Origin: Lentisphaerota bacterium
GTDB lineage: Bacteria > Verrucomicrobiota > Kiritimatiellia > RFP12 > JAAYNR01
Length of the DNA: 64,000 nt
Reading direction: 5' to 3'
NCBI GenBank assembly: GCA_016873675.1
Contig: VGWG01000003.1
Span: 3,626 to 67,625 of the forward strand
Made by a program: the position numbers and the translations under genes. This document shows, piece by piece, positions 48,604-59,845 of the stretch; within the stretch, counting starts at the first letter, position 1; every line of letters begins with the position of its first letter. The notes below the pieces were generated by a model, which was not told where the DNA came from, did not search any database, and saw only the letters and a list, made by a program, of their open reading frames with translations.

Positions 48604-50454
48604 ATGTCTGTGACAACCGTTTGGGATGACCTGATTCCGGTGCCGCGCCGCGTCGAGGCGCAGGCTGGCGTGTTCGCCGGGAACGGCGGGGTGATCGCGC
48701 TCAGTGGCCCGGTCGCCGAACTGCTGCCCGCGCTCCAGGCGTTGGAGGCGGACTTCGGTCCGGCGTGGCACCCGGCTGTCAATCCGCCGTCGGCCGACGT
48801 CCAGCGCGCCGCCGTTCGGATTGAGTGTCAGCCGGGCAGGCATCCAGCGCAGGGGTACGCGCTGCACATCGGCGTCGACTCGGTCACGATCGACGCCTCC
48901 GACGCGGCAGGGCTGTTTTATGCGGCAATGGCGCTGCGTCAGATGCGGCGGCTCACGGGCGGGGCGCTGCCCGCCTGCCGCATCACCGACCATCCCGACT
49001 TCCCTGTGCGCGGCGTGATGCTCGACATCAGCCGTGACAAGGTGCCGACGATGGCGACGCTGTTTGCGCTGGTGGATCGCCTCGCGGAGTGGCGTATCAA
49101 CCATCTGGAGCTCTACACCGAACACACGTTTGCCTATTCCGCCCATGCGGCGGTCTGGCAAGCCGCCAGCCCCATGACCGCCGAGGAAATCCGCAGTCTC
49201 GATGCCTATTGCAAAACGCGCTGCGTGGCACTGGTGCCCAACCAGAACTCGTTTGGCCATCTGGAACGGTGGCTCACGCATGATGCCTATCGTCCGCTGG
49301 CCGAGTGCCCGGACGGCGGCTTCCTGTTCCCGTGGTCCAAGACCCCGTGTCCGCACCCGTTCAGCCTGTGTCCAACCGACTCCGCGAGCGTGGCCTTCCT
49401 TCGCGGGCTCTACGCGGAGCTGCTGCCGCTGTTCACCGCGCCGCTGTTCAACGTCGGCTGTGACGAGACATGGGATGTCGGCTGCGGGCGGTCCCGTGAT
49501 CAGGCGGCGCGCATCGGGCGCGGGCGGGTCTATTTCGACTTCCTGCTGGAAATCCACAAGCTGGTTTCGGCGCACGGGCGCACGATGACCTTCTGGGGCG
49601 ACATCATCATCCATCATCCCGAGCTGGTGCCCGAGCTGCCGCGGGACGTCATCGCGCTGGAGTGGGGCTACGAGGCGGACCACCCCTATGCCGCGCATGG
49701 CGAGAAATTCGCGGCCGCAGGCATTCCGTTCTTCGTTTGTCCCGGCACCTCAGCGTGGAACAGTCTGGCGGGGCGCGTGACCAATGCCCGGGCGAATCTG
49801 GTGTCGGCGGCCGAGAACGGGCTCCGCCACGGCGCCTCGGGCTATCTGATCACCGACTGGGGGGACAACGGCCACTGGCAGACACTGCCCGTGAGCCTTC
49901 CGGGGTTCGTGACGGGCGCGGCGGTCTCGTGGTGTCTGGCCGCCAACCGGAACCTGAATCTGGCGGCCGTGCTCGACCGTCAGGTCTTTCAAGACGCCGC
50001 CGGCGCGCTCGGCCGGGTGACGCTCGACTTGGGCGATGCCTACCTGCGCTGCGGCCGGCAGCTCTCCAACAGCACCGAGCTGTTTCACATTCTCTGCAAC
50101 GGACGCGACCGGCAGCCGGGGGCGGGTGTCACCGATGCCACCTTGGCGGTGGTGGCCGAAACGGCCGCCCGCGCCGCCGCCGCCGTCGAGCAGGCGCGGT
50201 GCGCGGCACCCGACGCGCACGCGATGGAAGAGGAGCTGCGCCAATCGGCGCATCTCGTGGCCCATGCCGCCTCGCGCGGCCGCGTTCTGCTTGCAGGCAC
50301 GCTGACCGACGCATCCACGCGCACCGCACTGCGCCGCGACTGGGAGGCGCTCGTCGCCGGGCACAGCCGCGTGTGGCTCGGGCGCAACCGTCCCGGCGGC
50401 CTTGCCGATAGCCTCGCCCGGTTTGACCGGGCGGGCGGAGACTATGCCCCATGA
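48604..50454 (+). CDS. Glycoside hydrolase family 20-like (beta-N-acetylhexosaminidase-like).
   Basis: aggagg RBS then ATG at 48604. RGVMLDISRDKVP, LVPNQNSFGHLE, FNVGCDETWD and ITDWGDNGHWQ resemble GH20 TIM-barrel blocks. Confidence 0.6.
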   Translation: MSVTTVWDDLIPVPRRVEAQAGVFAGNGGVIALSGPVAELLPALQALEADFGPAWHPAVNPPSADVQRAAVRIECQPGRHPAQGYALHIGVDSVTIDASDAAGLFYAAMALRQMRRLTGGALPACRITDHPDFPVRGVMLDISRDKVPTMATLFALVDRLAEWRINHLELYTEHTFAYSAHAAVWQAASPMTAEEIRSLDAYCKTRCVALVPNQNSFGHLERWLTHDAYRPLAECPDGGFLFPWSKTPCPHPFSLCPTDSASVAFLRGLYAELLPLFTAPLFNVGCDETWDVGCGRSRDQAARIGRGRVYFDFLLEIHKLVSAHGRTMTFWGDIIIHHPELVPELPRDVIALEWGYEADHPYAAHGEKFAAAGIPFFVCPGTSAWNSLAGRVTNARANLVSAAENGLRHGASGYLITDWGDNGHWQTLPVSLPGFVTGAAVSWCLAANRNLNLAAVLDRQVFQDAAGALGRVTLDLGDAYLRCGRQLSNSTELFHILCNGRDRQPGAGVTDATLAVVAETAARAAAAVEQARCAAPDAHAMEEELRQSAHLVAHAASRGRVLLAGTLTDASTRTALRRDWEALVAGHSRVWLGRNRPGGLADSLARFDRAGGDYAP

Positions 50455-52388
50455 TTCCGTACGAAAAAATCCTCAATCCCGAGCAGCGGCAGGCCGCGAC
50501 CGCTGGCGACGGCCCGATGCTCGTGCTAGCTGCCGCTGGCACGGGCAAGACCCACACCATCGTCTATCGCGTGGCCTATCTCCTCGAGCGGGGCGTGCCG
50601 CCGGATGCGATTTTGCTGCTGACCTTCACCAACCGCGCCGCACTGGAGATGCTCGAACGGGCGCGGACGGTGTGCGGCGACGCCGTCGGCGGCGTCTGGA
50701 GCGGCACCTTCCACCATGTGTGCAATCGCTTCCTGCGCCGCTATGCCGACCGGCTCGGCTTCCGCAACGACTTTACCATTCTGGATCGCGACGACGCCCG
50801 TTCGCTGATTGAAGGCTGCGTGAAGGAGCTGCGTATCCAGTCGAAGGACTTTCCAAAAAAGGATGTGCTCGCCAGCTTGTTCAGCAACGCCGCCAGCCGG
50901 GGTCTGGCCATCGGTGACGTGATTGACGAGAACCTCGAGGCGCTGCGGGTGGACGTCGCCGACATCATCCGCGTCGGCGAGGCGTACGCAGCCCGGAAAG
51001 TCGGTTTGCAGGCCATGGACTTTGATGATCTGCTGACCCACGGGCTGCGGCTCCTCACCGAGCATGCCGACATCTGCAGGGGCTATCAGGAGCGATTTGA
51101 GCACATTCTGGTCGACGAATATCAGGACACCAACGGCCCGCAGGCGAAGCTGGTGGATCTGCTCGCCGCGCAGCGGCGCAACGTCATGGCCGTCGGCGAC
51201 GACTTTCAGTGCATCTACTCCTGGCGCGGCGCCGACTTCCGGAACATCATGGATTTTCCCAAACGCTACCCGTCGTGCGCGCTCGTCACGCTCGAGCGCA
51301 ACTACCGCAGCGGGCCGGAAATTCTGGCGGTGGCCAATGCGTGCATTGCGAGGAACCCCGACCAGTTTCAAAAAGTGCTCCGGGCGACGCGGCCCGAGCG
51401 GGCCAAGCCGCGGGTGCTCCGGCTGCGCGACGGCAACGAACAAGCCGATGCGGTGATCCGGCTGATCCGCCGCTACCGCGACGACGGCTACCGCTTCGCC
51501 GATATGGTTGTGCTCTATCGCGCCCATTTCCATTCGATCGAATTGCAGGTTGCCTTGGGGCGCGCGGGCATTGCCTGCCGGATCACCTCGGGCGTGGGGG
51601 TGTTTGAGCAGGCGCACGTCAAAGACGTGCTGGCGATGCTGCGGGTCTGCGCGCGTCCCGATGACCGCCTGGGCTTTGATCGCCTCCTGGGGATGCTGCG
51701 CGGCGTGGGCATCAAGACACTGGATGGCTGGTGGGCCAAGCTCGGCGAGCGATTCGACGCCGCCAACCCGGCGCAGCGCCAGACGCTGGCGGCGCTGATG
51801 CGGCCGTCTATGCGTGGCGAGTGGGAGCCGATCGAGAGGCTTCTCGCGGAGTACCACGACGAGGGACTCGCTTCCAACGGCGGGGAGTTGATCGAGCGGT
51901 TTTATGAGCGGTTCTACAAGACGTACCTGGCCCGCACCTACGAATTCGCCGACCGCCGCGCCGAGGATATCCGGGAACTCGAGGTCCAGATCATGCGCGC
52001 AGCCAGTGTGCCTGCCTTTCTCTCGGAGGTGGCGCTGCTGACCAATGTGGATCACGAGTACAACCGCCGGAATCGCGGCGAAGAAGAGGATGCGGTGCAA
52101 CTCGGCACGGTCCATCAGGCCAAGGGGCTGGAGTGGCCGGTGGTCTTTGTGATCTGGGCCACCGAGGGGATGTTTCCCTCGAGCCGCACCTTGGACGATC
52201 CGGGTGGCGATGCCGAAGAGCGCCGGCTCTTCTACGTCGCCGTGACCCGCGCCCGCGACGAGCTGGTGCTCGCCGTTCCTGAGATCCGCCGCACCCGCGA
52301 CGGCGGCATGTTTTTCTGCAAGCCCTCGCGGTTCATCAGCGAACTGCCGCGCGGACTCGTTCGGGAGTCTTTTGGCACCCGGATCTAG
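50451..52388 (+). CDS. UvrD/PcrA/Rep-family ATP-dependent DNA helicase.
   Basis: LNPEQRQAA, AAAGTGKTHT (Walker A), VDEYQDTN and helicase C-terminal motifs (VHQAKGLEWPVVFV). Confidence 0.9.
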   Translation: MIPYEKILNPEQRQAATAGDGPMLVLAAAGTGKTHTIVYRVAYLLERGVPPDAILLLTFTNRAALEMLERARTVCGDAVGGVWSGTFHHVCNRFLRRYADRLGFRNDFTILDRDDARSLIEGCVKELRIQSKDFPKKDVLASLFSNAASRGLAIGDVIDENLEALRVDVADIIRVGEAYAARKVGLQAMDFDDLLTHGLRLLTEHADICRGYQERFEHILVDEYQDTNGPQAKLVDLLAAQRRNVMAVGDDFQCIYSWRGADFRNIMDFPKRYPSCALVTLERNYRSGPEILAVANACIARNPDQFQKVLRATRPERAKPRVLRLRDGNEQADAVIRLIRRYRDDGYRFADMVVLYRAHFHSIELQVALGRAGIACRITSGVGVFEQAHVKDVLAMLRVCARPDDRLGFDRLLGMLRGVGIKTLDGWWAKLGERFDAANPAQRQTLAALMRPSMRGEWEPIERLLAEYHDEGLASNGGELIERFYERFYKTYLARTYEFADRRAEDIRELEVQIMRAASVPAFLSEVALLTNVDHEYNRRNRGEEEDAVQLGTVHQAKGLEWPVVFVIWATEGMFPSSRTLDDPGGDAEERRLFYVAVTRARDELVLAVPEIRRTRDGGMFFCKPSRFISELPRGLVRESFGTRI

Positions 52389-52414
52389 ACGATGTTCACT
52401 CTGGAGGATTACCC

Positions 52415-53329
52415 ATGCACTATCCCGACATTGCTACCCTCAACACCCGTTACGGCGCGCGGGGCAGGATCGCGTTCCGCGCGAGCGAGAAGGGACTGCC
52501 CATCGCCGCGCTTGCCGGCGTCACCGGCTCGTGCGAGGTCTCGCTCTATGGTGGCCACGTCCTCTCCTACCGGCCGGCCGGACACCTGCCGGTCTTGTTC
52601 ATGAGCAAGTCCTCACGGTTCGAACCCGGAAAACCGATCCGAGGTGGAATACCGGTCTGCTGGCCGTGGTTCGGCCCGCATCCGGTCGATCCCTCCCTGC
52701 CCGCGCACGGCTTTGCCCGGATCGTCCCGTGGCGGCTCGCGGCGACGGAATACACCTCGCGCAGCGCCGAGATTCGGCTGGCGCTGGACGACACCGACCA
52801 AACCCGCGTCTGGTGGCCTCACCGTTTTTCCCTCACGCTCCGCGTCGCGCTCGAGAATGCGCTCAAGGTGGAGCTGACCACCCGCAACAACGACACCCAC
52901 CCCTTTACGGTGAGTGAGGCCTTGCACAGCTATTTCGGGGTGAGGCAGATTATGGACGTGACCGTGCGGGGACTCGAGGGGGCGGCGTTTACCGACGCGG
53001 TCACCGGCACCGCCGGATGCCCGCAGGAAACGCCGCTGGTGATCCGACAGGAGGTGGATCGCGTCTATACCGACACCGAGGCGGAGTGCGTCATTGACGA
53101 TGCCGGCTTGGAGCGGCAGATTGTCGTGACCAAGCGGGGCAGCCGCACGACCGTCGTCTGGAACCCATGGATCGACAAGGCGAAGCGGATGCCCGACTTC
53201 GGTGATGATGAGTACACGCGCATGATCTGCGTCGAGACCGCCAACGCGCGAGGAAACGCCCTCTCCCTGGAACCCGGCGAATCCCATACCCTCGTCACAA
53301 CGATTTCGGCCGATGCGAAGGCGGAGTGA
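52415..53329 (+). CDS. Glucose-6-phosphate 1-epimerase (aldose-1-epimerase family, YeaD-like).
   Basis: GGIPVCWPWFG, HGFAR and ALHSYF are conserved in D-hexose-6-P mutarotases. Confidence 0.75.
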   Translation: MHYPDIATLNTRYGARGRIAFRASEKGLPIAALAGVTGSCEVSLYGGHVLSYRPAGHLPVLFMSKSSRFEPGKPIRGGIPVCWPWFGPHPVDPSLPAHGFARIVPWRLAATEYTSRSAEIRLALDDTDQTRVWWPHRFSLTLRVALENALKVELTTRNNDTHPFTVSEALHSYFGVRQIMDVTVRGLEGAAFTDAVTGTAGCPQETPLVIRQEVDRVYTDTEAECVIDDAGLERQIVVTKRGSRTTVVWNPWIDKAKRMPDFGDDEYTRMICVETANARGNALSLEPGESHTLVTTISADAKAE

Positions 53330-53330
53330 C

Positions 53331-54830
53331 CTACAGCGCCGGGCTCATGAGATTGAAGAAGTTTTCGAGGTAATGGGCGTAGCGCGGCCGCGCGCGCCAG
53401 GCCGCGAGGGTGATTTCATCGGCGCGGGCAAAGTCGTCCAGCAGGGTCTGCTTGAGCCGCGCGGCAAATTCCGGATCGAACGCCACGAGCGTGGTTTCGT
53501 AGCTAAGCCGCAGACTGCGCGCGTCGAGGTTGGCGCTGCCGATGAGCGCGATCCGGCCATCAACCACCAGCGCCTTGGCATGGATGAACGGCGGGCGGCG
53601 CAGGAAGAGACGCACCCCGGAAAGCAGCAGCTCGTCATAGGACGCGCGGGCGGCCCAGTCCACCGACGGATGGTTGTTGACCGCCGGGAGGAGCACCTTG
53701 ACGGCGACGCCGCGGAGGGCGGCGGCACGAAACGCCCGCCTCAAATCTTCGGAGAGTACCAGGTAGGGCGTAACCACCAGCACTTGATGGCGGGCGGTTC
53801 CGAGCAAGGTGAACAGGGCGTCCACCAGCGGCTGCTCGATGGCATTGGGGCTGGCGTTGAGCAATCGCAGAGGCGTCTTCCCGGCAGCCTCAGACTGAGG
53901 GAAATGTCCGGGGACCAACAGCGCGCGGGCGTCCTCGTCGCACATGTAGAACCAATCGCGCAGGAAGGTGTATTGCAGTTCCAGCACGGCGGGACCGCAG
54001 ACGCGGAAATGATAGTCGTGGATCGCCTCGCGGCGCGATCCCGGAAGGTAGACATCGTGAAAATTGACGCCGCCCAGAAAGCCAACCCGGCCATCAATAA
54101 TCAGATTCTTGCGGTGGTTGCGCAGATTGAGCTGAAACTGCCGTTTGATGAGATTGGCCTGGGTGAAACCGACGCAACGCATGTTGGGAACGCGGCTGTA
54201 CCGGCGGAAAAGCCCGGTGAGGTAGGCCGCCCGCGAGCCGTACTGGTCAAACAGCACCCGCACCTGGATACCCGTCCGCGCCTGATCGGCGAGACGGTCC
54301 AGCAGGGCGCGCCCGACGGCGTCACGGCCGATGATGTACGACTGCACATGGATGTGGTGGCGGGCGGCGGCGATCGCCTTGAACATGGCATCGAGCGCCA
54401 GACCGCCGTCCGCGATGACCTCGACCGCGTTGCCGCCGAGCAGTGGATGATCGTGTGCGACGCGGTCGAGGATGGTGTTGACCGCCGCCTCTGCGGAATC
54501 CGGCGCCAGCGGCGGACAGCACCCGGCGCGCAACGCGCGCCAATAGGCCAGCGGCTGTTCCTCCTGCTCGGTCTGAGAGCGGGTCGAGCCGAACCGCACG
54601 TCCGAACGTAGCTTGTGCCAGCCGCGTCGGGGCACGTGGTTGATGCCAAAAGCCAGATAAGTGAGCGGCCCGACAATTGGGAAAAGGCCGGTGACGAACA
54701 GCCACAGCAGCGTCGAGCGGGGTTCGCGCGGCAGCCGCAGACAATGCGCGGCGACCATCAGGAACGCCAGAATGTGGAGCAATGTTCCCAGTTCGAGCGA
54801 CGGCACGTGTTCCATATTTGACAGATTCAT
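53331..54830 (-). CDS. cls: Cardiolipin synthase (phospholipase D superfamily).
   Basis: N-terminal 2 TM helices and two HKD motifs (HRKNLIIDGRVGFLGGVN and HAKALVVDGRIALIGSANLD). Confidence 0.85.
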   Translation of the reverse strand: MNLSNMEHVPSLELGTLLHILAFLMVAAHCLRLPREPRSTLLWLFVTGLFPIVGPLTYLAFGINHVPRRGWHKLRSDVRFGSTRSQTEQEEQPLAYWRALRAGCCPPLAPDSAEAAVNTILDRVAHDHPLLGGNAVEVIADGGLALDAMFKAIAAARHHIHVQSYIIGRDAVGRALLDRLADQARTGIQVRVLFDQYGSRAAYLTGLFRRYSRVPNMRCVGFTQANLIKRQFQLNLRNHRKNLIIDGRVGFLGGVNFHDVYLPGSRREAIHDYHFRVCGPAVLELQYTFLRDWFYMCDEDARALLVPGHFPQSEAAGKTPLRLLNASPNAIEQPLVDALFTLLGTARHQVLVVTPYLVLSEDLRRAFRAAALRGVAVKVLLPAVNNHPSVDWAARASYDELLLSGVRLFLRRPPFIHAKALVVDGRIALIGSANLDARSLRLSYETTLVAFDPEFAARLKQTLLDDFARADEITLAAWRARPRYAHYLENFFNLMSPAL

Positions 54831-55249
54831 GCCCGGTCCTCCGCAGCGTCAAGCGACAAGTCGCCCGCAATCTTCCAGACTGCACCGTCGCGAATCAGGC
54901 TGAGTTTCCGCCCTGGAAAGGCTTCGGGGAGGCGCGCGCGGAGGCGCGTGATCGCCTCCTGCTCAATGGTTGCGCGATCAGCGGCGCTCACCGGCTCCAG
55001 CGTGGAAAACCCGATCGTGAGCACATAGCCTGGCCCGACCTCCGATCCGAAGCCGGCCGTGAAGTTGGCGGTGATGCGGAAGAGCCCGTCATACTGCCGA
55101 TTGCCCGTTGCACCGTTGGCTGGCCGGACCGGGTGCAGGTTGTACAGCTCGCCGAAACGCGCCTCCAACTCCTGATCCACCTCCTGCAAGATCGCATCCA
55201 ACCGCCGTTCCCATTCCTCTACCAAAGGATGTCGCATAGTGTCTACCAT
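54827..55249 (-). CDS. Hypothetical protein (co-transcribed upstream of cls).
   Basis: Start at MVDTMRHPLVEEW. The longest ORF runs to 55357. ATGA overlap with cls. No motif recognised. Confidence 0.4.
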   Translation of the reverse strand: MVDTMRHPLVEEWERRLDAILQEVDQELEARFGELYNLHPVRPANGATGNRQYDGLFRITANFTAGFGSEVGPGYVLTIGFSTLEPVSAADRATIEQEAITRLRARLPEAFPGRKLSLIRDGAVWKIAGDLSLDAAEDRA

Positions 55250-55532
55250 TATAACCCAGCCCGCCAGCCAGCAGCCCGTGTTGCACGGGATGCTGGCTAG
55301 CGGGACCGCGAAATCGCGGACATCGGAGATACGCAAATAATAGCAAAATTTTTCCATCTCTTGTGAAATTTGTGCCTCCTCGACGTTTGATGTTTGGCAG
55401 ACTCATTGCCTCTACCCTGGGGGCATTTACTTTGACAAGCCACCCAAAATAAATTGGATTGCAATGGGAGTTGACAACGATGGGGGGCTATCTGTATGCT
55501 TATCAAGCCCGTTAATAGTGGACTGTAATAAC

Positions 55533-55557
55533 GAGTGGGGTCCACCCACTCTTTTTT
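55533..55557 (+). terminator. Intrinsic-terminator-like hairpin in the nusA leader (candidate attenuator).
   Basis: GAGTGGG-gtcca-CCCACTC followed by TTTTTT, 53 nt upstream of the nusA ATG in an AT-rich region. Confidence 0.5.
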
Positions 55558-55609
55558 ATTGGAAGCCCGATCCCCTTGACCGGGTTCTTTGAAAGCAGGT
55601 TGAACGGCC

Positions 55610-56866
55610 ATGAACAACGAATTGTTGACCGTGATCAGTTACTTGGAGCGCGACCGCGGAGTCGACCGAGAAGTCATCATTCATGCTATTGAGTCGGCGC
55701 TGCAGCAGGCCGGTCGGAAGGGCTTGTCCGGAACAGGCGATACCCGCGTCCAGATTGATCGCAAGACGTTCGAAATCAGGACGTTCGAGATGTGTACGGT
55801 GTCGGATATGGAGATTGGCCACGGTTTTGTCACCCTCCGCCGCGCCCGTGAGATCAACCCCGCCGCGCAACCCGGTGACACCATCGAGGTGGAGGGTCCG
55901 GCGGGCAAACTGGGCCGCATTGCGGCCCAGACCGCGCGCCAGATGATCGTGCAGAAACTCCGACAAGCCGAGCGGGAGAATGTGTTTGATGAATTTAAGG
56001 ACCGGATCGGCGACATTGTCAGCGGCTCGGTTCGCCAGATCATCCACCGCGACCTGATTGTCGAGCTCGGTAAGGTCGAGGCGATCATCCCGGGCAAGGA
56101 GCGGATACCCACGGAGGAGTATCAGGTCGGCGACCGCATCCGTGCCTATGTCCATAGCGTCCAGACCAATGCCAACGGCCCCGCCGTGATTCTCTCCCGC
56201 GCCTGCCCCGAGTTCGTCAAGGCGCTTTTTCGGCTGGAGGTCTCGGAAATCGCCGATGGCATCGTCGAAGTGATGGGCGTGGCCCGCGATCCCGGCTACC
56301 GTAGCAAGATCGCGGTCCGTTCGCACGATGAGAAGGTTGACCCGGTCGGCGCGTGCGTCGGCCTCCGCGGCAACCGCGTCAAGAACATCGTCCGAGAGCT
56401 CTCGGGCGAAAAGCTCGATATTGTCCGCTGGCACGAGGACATCCGCCAGTTCGTGACCCAGGCGCTCGCGCCCGCGCATCTTTCGGAAATCACCATCGAT
56501 CCGAACCTGCCGTCAACTGTGGCGATCCTCGTGGAACCCGACCAGCTGTCGCTGGCGATCGGTCGGCATGGCCAGAACGTCCGGCTGGCGTCGCGCCTGA
56601 CCGGCTGGCGCATCGACATTCAGAAGCGCGAGGCGGCCGAGTCCTTCGAAGAGCAGGTGACCCACGCCATCGATGCGCTGGCCGCGATTCCCGGTATTTC
56701 CCGCGAGGACGCCGATCTACTGGTGACGAACGGATTCCTGACGGCCGACGGCATCCTGACCACCGAGATCCCCTATATTATGGAAGTAACCGGTTTGGAC
56801 GAAACCAACGCCAAGCGCATCTGGGAGGCCGCCGCGGCCACCGCATCCGGAGAGGACGGCGAATAA
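55610..56866 (+). CDS. nusA: Transcription termination/antitermination factor NusA.
   Basis: Conserved N-terminal domain, S1 (GDIVSGSVRQ), KH1/KH2 (GACVGLRGNRVKNIVRELSGEKLDIV). Confidence 0.93.
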   Translation: MNNELLTVISYLERDRGVDREVIIHAIESALQQAGRKGLSGTGDTRVQIDRKTFEIRTFEMCTVSDMEIGHGFVTLRRAREINPAAQPGDTIEVEGPAGKLGRIAAQTARQMIVQKLRQAERENVFDEFKDRIGDIVSGSVRQIIHRDLIVELGKVEAIIPGKERIPTEEYQVGDRIRAYVHSVQTNANGPAVILSRACPEFVKALFRLEVSEIADGIVEVMGVARDPGYRSKIAVRSHDEKVDPVGACVGLRGNRVKNIVRELSGEKLDIVRWHEDIRQFVTQALAPAHLSEITIDPNLPSTVAILVEPDQLSLAIGRHGQNVRLASRLTGWRIDIQKREAAESFEEQVTHAIDALAAIPGISREDADLLVTNGFLTADGILTTEIPYIMEVTGLDETNAKRIWEAAAATASGEDGE

Positions 56867-56870
56867 GACG

Positions 56871-59387
56871 ATGAGAGTATTCGAACTTGCCCGGTCGCTC
56901 AATACGACGAGTGCCGATGTGCTGAGACTGGCCGCCGCCTTGGATATCGAGGCGTCCACGGCGCTTTCACGCTTGGAAACGACTGACATCGCCACCATCC
57001 GTGCCCGGGTCGTCGCCGCGCCCGACACCGACGCCGCCAGCCGCGTCGAGCGCCGGGAGGCGAAGCGCCAAGCCAACGCCGTCCAACGTGCGGCACGCGA
57101 GCGCGTCGAAGCCGACGCGCTCGCAGCCGCCATCAGCCGCTCTCTGGCAGCCGAGGCCGAGGTCCGCGGACTCCCTCCCCCCCAACTGGCGGCGCCCCAG
57201 TTGGTCGTGCAACCGGAAGCGCCAATCCCGACCCCCGCTGCTGCACCTGCGCAACCCGCACCGGTCGCCCCGCCAGCGGTTGTCGCACCGGTCGCTCCAC
57301 CACCGGTTGTCGCACCAGTTGCCCCACCGGCCGCCAAACCCGCCATCCATCCGGCCAGACAGAAAGTGACGCCCCCCCCCGCCAGCGCCGAGGAGCGGAC
57401 CGACCCAGACGAAGAGATTGCCGCTACGTGGAACGCCCGCCCGCCGCCACGCATGGTTGCCAACAAGCCGCCGCCGATAAAACCGTCGCAGACTAGCCGC
57501 GATCACGGCGATCTCGCGCGTCGCCAGCCCCCCTCACGCCCCCCCCCACCACCGCCGATGCCGTTCGGGCGCCCAGCCGCCAACGCTCCCGCGCCCGTCG
57601 AAGCGGAACGCGTCATCCAGTTGCGCGGCGCCACGATTGTCAAGGACCTTGCAGAACTGATTGGGTTGCGCCCCAACCGGGTGATCGCCGACCTCATGCA
57701 CCTGAACGTTCTGGCCTCGATCAACCAGCGCGTCGAACTGGACGTGGCGACCAAAATCGCCGAGAAATACGGCTTCAAGGTCGAAATCGAACGCCAGAAG
57801 CGCTCCACGGAACGCAAGCCGGTCTTGCGCCGTGACGACGCCGACGACGTGATTCCTGACGATAAGCCGGAAGATCTCGTTCCCCGCCCTCCCGTCGTCA
57901 CCTTCCTCGGCCATGTCGACCATGGCAAGACCTCGCTGATGGACCGGATTCGCAATGCCCAAGTGGCCTCGGGAGAGGCGGGCGGCATCACCCAGCATAT
58001 CGGCGCGTACACGGTCGATGTCAACGGCCGACGAATCACTTTTCTCGACACCCCGGGCCACGCCGCCTTCTCGGCCATGCGCGCCCGCGGGGCCAGCCTC
58101 ACCGATATCGCCGTCATCATCATCGCCGCCGACGATGGCGTGATGCCTCAGACCAAGGAGGCCATCAAGCACGCGAAACAGGCCGGCGTCCAGATTCTGG
58201 TCGCCATCAACAAGTGCGATCTGCCGCAGGCCAAGCCCGAACTTGTGCGCCAGCAACTCTCGGGAGAAGGCCTCACCCCCGAAGAGTGGGGTGGCGACAT
58301 CGTCTGTTGCGAGGTTTCCGCCATGACCGGAAAAGGCCTGGATCACCTGCTTGAAATGATTCTGATCCAGGCCGACGTTCTCGAACTCACCGCCAGCCTC
58401 AGTCGGCGCGCCGACGGCTATGTGATCGAGGCGCAGCTTGAACAGGGTCGCGGGCCGACCGCCAGCGTACTGGTCTCGGGCGGCATCCTCCGCGTGGGCG
58501 ACGTCATCCTCTGCGGCGAACATTTCGGGCGGATCCGCGGGCTGATCGACGACCGCGGCCGCAAGGTCAAGGAGGCCACGCCCGGAACCGCCGCGCGCAT
58601 CATGGGCCTTTCCGGTGTCCCCGAAGCGGGTGCCCACTTCCGGGTGATGCTCAACGAGAAACGGGCGCGCGAGTTGGCAGAAAAAGAGACCGAATCGCGC
58701 AAACTCAGCGAGCTTTCGTCGTCGGTGGCCACCTCGCTCGACACGCTCATGCAGAAGTACCAGGAACAGGGCCAGTTGGAAATCCACGTCATCGTCAAGG
58801 CCGACATGCAGGGGTCCTGCGAGGCGATCCAGGATTCGCTCAACAGCATCAAGAGCGCGAAAGTCGCGCTCCAGATCGTCAGCAGCGGCATCGGCCTCAT
58901 TAACGCCAACGACGTCCAGCGCGCGGCCTCGGGCCGCGCCATCATCGTCGGCTTCCACGTCGGTTGCGAACCGGGCGTGCAGAGCCTCGCCCGCCATGAC
59001 GGCGTGCGCATCAGCACCCACCGCATCATCTACGAGCTGATCGACCATGTGAAGCAGGAAATGCTCAACATGCTCCATCCCGAATACAAGGAGATCATCC
59101 GCGGCCATGCCGAGATCCGCGCGACCTTCAACCACGGCAAGCGGGGCATGATCGCCGGCTGCCAGATGCTCGACGGCATGCTGCGGATGGACTCGCGGGC
59201 CCGCGTGTTACGACAGACTCAGGTGGTCTTTGATGGCAAGTTCCTCTCGCTGTTCCACTTTCAGGATGAAGTCGCCCGTGTGGACGGATCGCAGGAGTGC
59301 GGCGCACGCTTCGTCGACTTCGCGGCTTTCGCTGTGGGGGACATCATCGAGTGCTATTCGCTCGAAGAGAAGGAACGGGTGCTCTAG
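56871..59387 (+). CDS. infB: Translation initiation factor IF-2.
   Basis: G domain [25 protein letters not shown] and NKCD. Ala/Pro-rich N-terminal region. Confidence 0.95.
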   Translation: MRVFELARSLNTTSADVLRLAAALDIEASTALSRLETTDIATIRARVVAAPDTDAASRVERREAKRQANAVQRAARERVEADALAAAISRSLAAEAEVRGLPPPQLAAPQLVVQPEAPIPTPAAAPAQPAPVAPPAVVAPVAPPPVVAPVAPPAAKPAIHPARQKVTPPPASAEERTDPDEEIAATWNARPPPRMVANKPPPIKPSQTSRDHGDLARRQPPSRPPPPPPMPFGRPAANAPAPVEAERVIQLRGATIVKDLAELIGLRPNRVIADLMHLNVLASINQRVELDVATKIAEKYGFKVEIERQKRSTERKPVLRRDDADDVIPDDKPEDLVPRPPVVTFLGHVDHGKTSLMDRIRNAQVASGEAGGITQHIGAYTVDVNGRRITFLDTPGHAAFSAMRARGASLTDIAVIIIAADDGVMPQTKEAIKHAKQAGVQILVAINKCDLPQAKPELVRQQLSGEGLTPEEWGGDIVCCEVSAMTGKGLDHLLEMILIQADVLELTASLSRRADGYVIEAQLEQGRGPTASVLVSGGILRVGDVILCGEHFGRIRGLIDDRGRKVKEATPGTAARIMGLSGVPEAGAHFRVMLNEKRARELAEKETESRKLSELSSSVATSLDTLMQKYQEQGQLEIHVIVKADMQGSCEAIQDSLNSIKSAKVALQIVSSGIGLINANDVQRAASGRAIIVGFHVGCEPGVQSLARHDGVRISTHRIIYELIDHVKQEMLNMLHPEYKEIIRGHAEIRATFNHGKRGMIAGCQMLDGMLRMDSRARVLRQTQVVFDGKFLSLFHFQDEVARVDGSQECGARFVDFAAFAVGDIIECYSLEEKERVL

Positions 59388-59390
59388 GCC

Positions 59391-59771
59391 ATGGCCGTCG
59401 ACCGCCTGGAACGGGTGAACGCGCTGCTCCGCCGTGAGATCGGCGAGGCGCTCTATCATGTCTTCAACGGCGAGATCGACCTCGCGGCCGTGACGATCAC
59501 CCGCGTCGAGACCGCGCGCAACCTCCGCACCGCCAGCGTCTCGGTGTCGGTCTTCGGCCATGAGTCCGAACGCGGCCGGATCCTGCGCGCCCTCGCCGAC
59601 AAGCATTCCGCGCTTCAGGCCATGATCAACCGCGATTGCCATCTCAAATACACGCCCCGCCTCCGCTTCATACTCGACACCTCAATTGAAAAGGGCGATC
59701 ACATCCTCGCCCTCCTCGGCAAGATGGACGGGGAAGTCGAGGATGAGATGAATCCACCGGAATCAAACTGA
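59391..59771 (+). CDS. rbfA: Ribosome-binding factor A.
   Basis: RLERVNALLRREIGEAL…VTITRVETARNLRTASVSVSV. Confidence 0.9.
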   Translation: MAVDRLERVNALLRREIGEALYHVFNGEIDLAAVTITRVETARNLRTASVSVSVFGHESERGRILRALADKHSALQAMINRDCHLKYTPRLRFILDTSIEKGDHILALLGKMDGEVEDEMNPPESN

Positions 59772-59845
59772 ATGACTTGTCCCGCGACTCGCTTTGATGC
59801 GGGCGCTGACCCTTTACCAGCCACCCTCCACCCTCTGTTATCCTC

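Noticed and set aside
53313-54611. Plus-strand ORF 53313-54611 (432 aa).
   Set aside because: It is antisense to cardiolipin synthase, which has two HKD motifs.
57534-59135. Minus-strand 533-aa ORF.
   Set aside because: It is antisense to infB.
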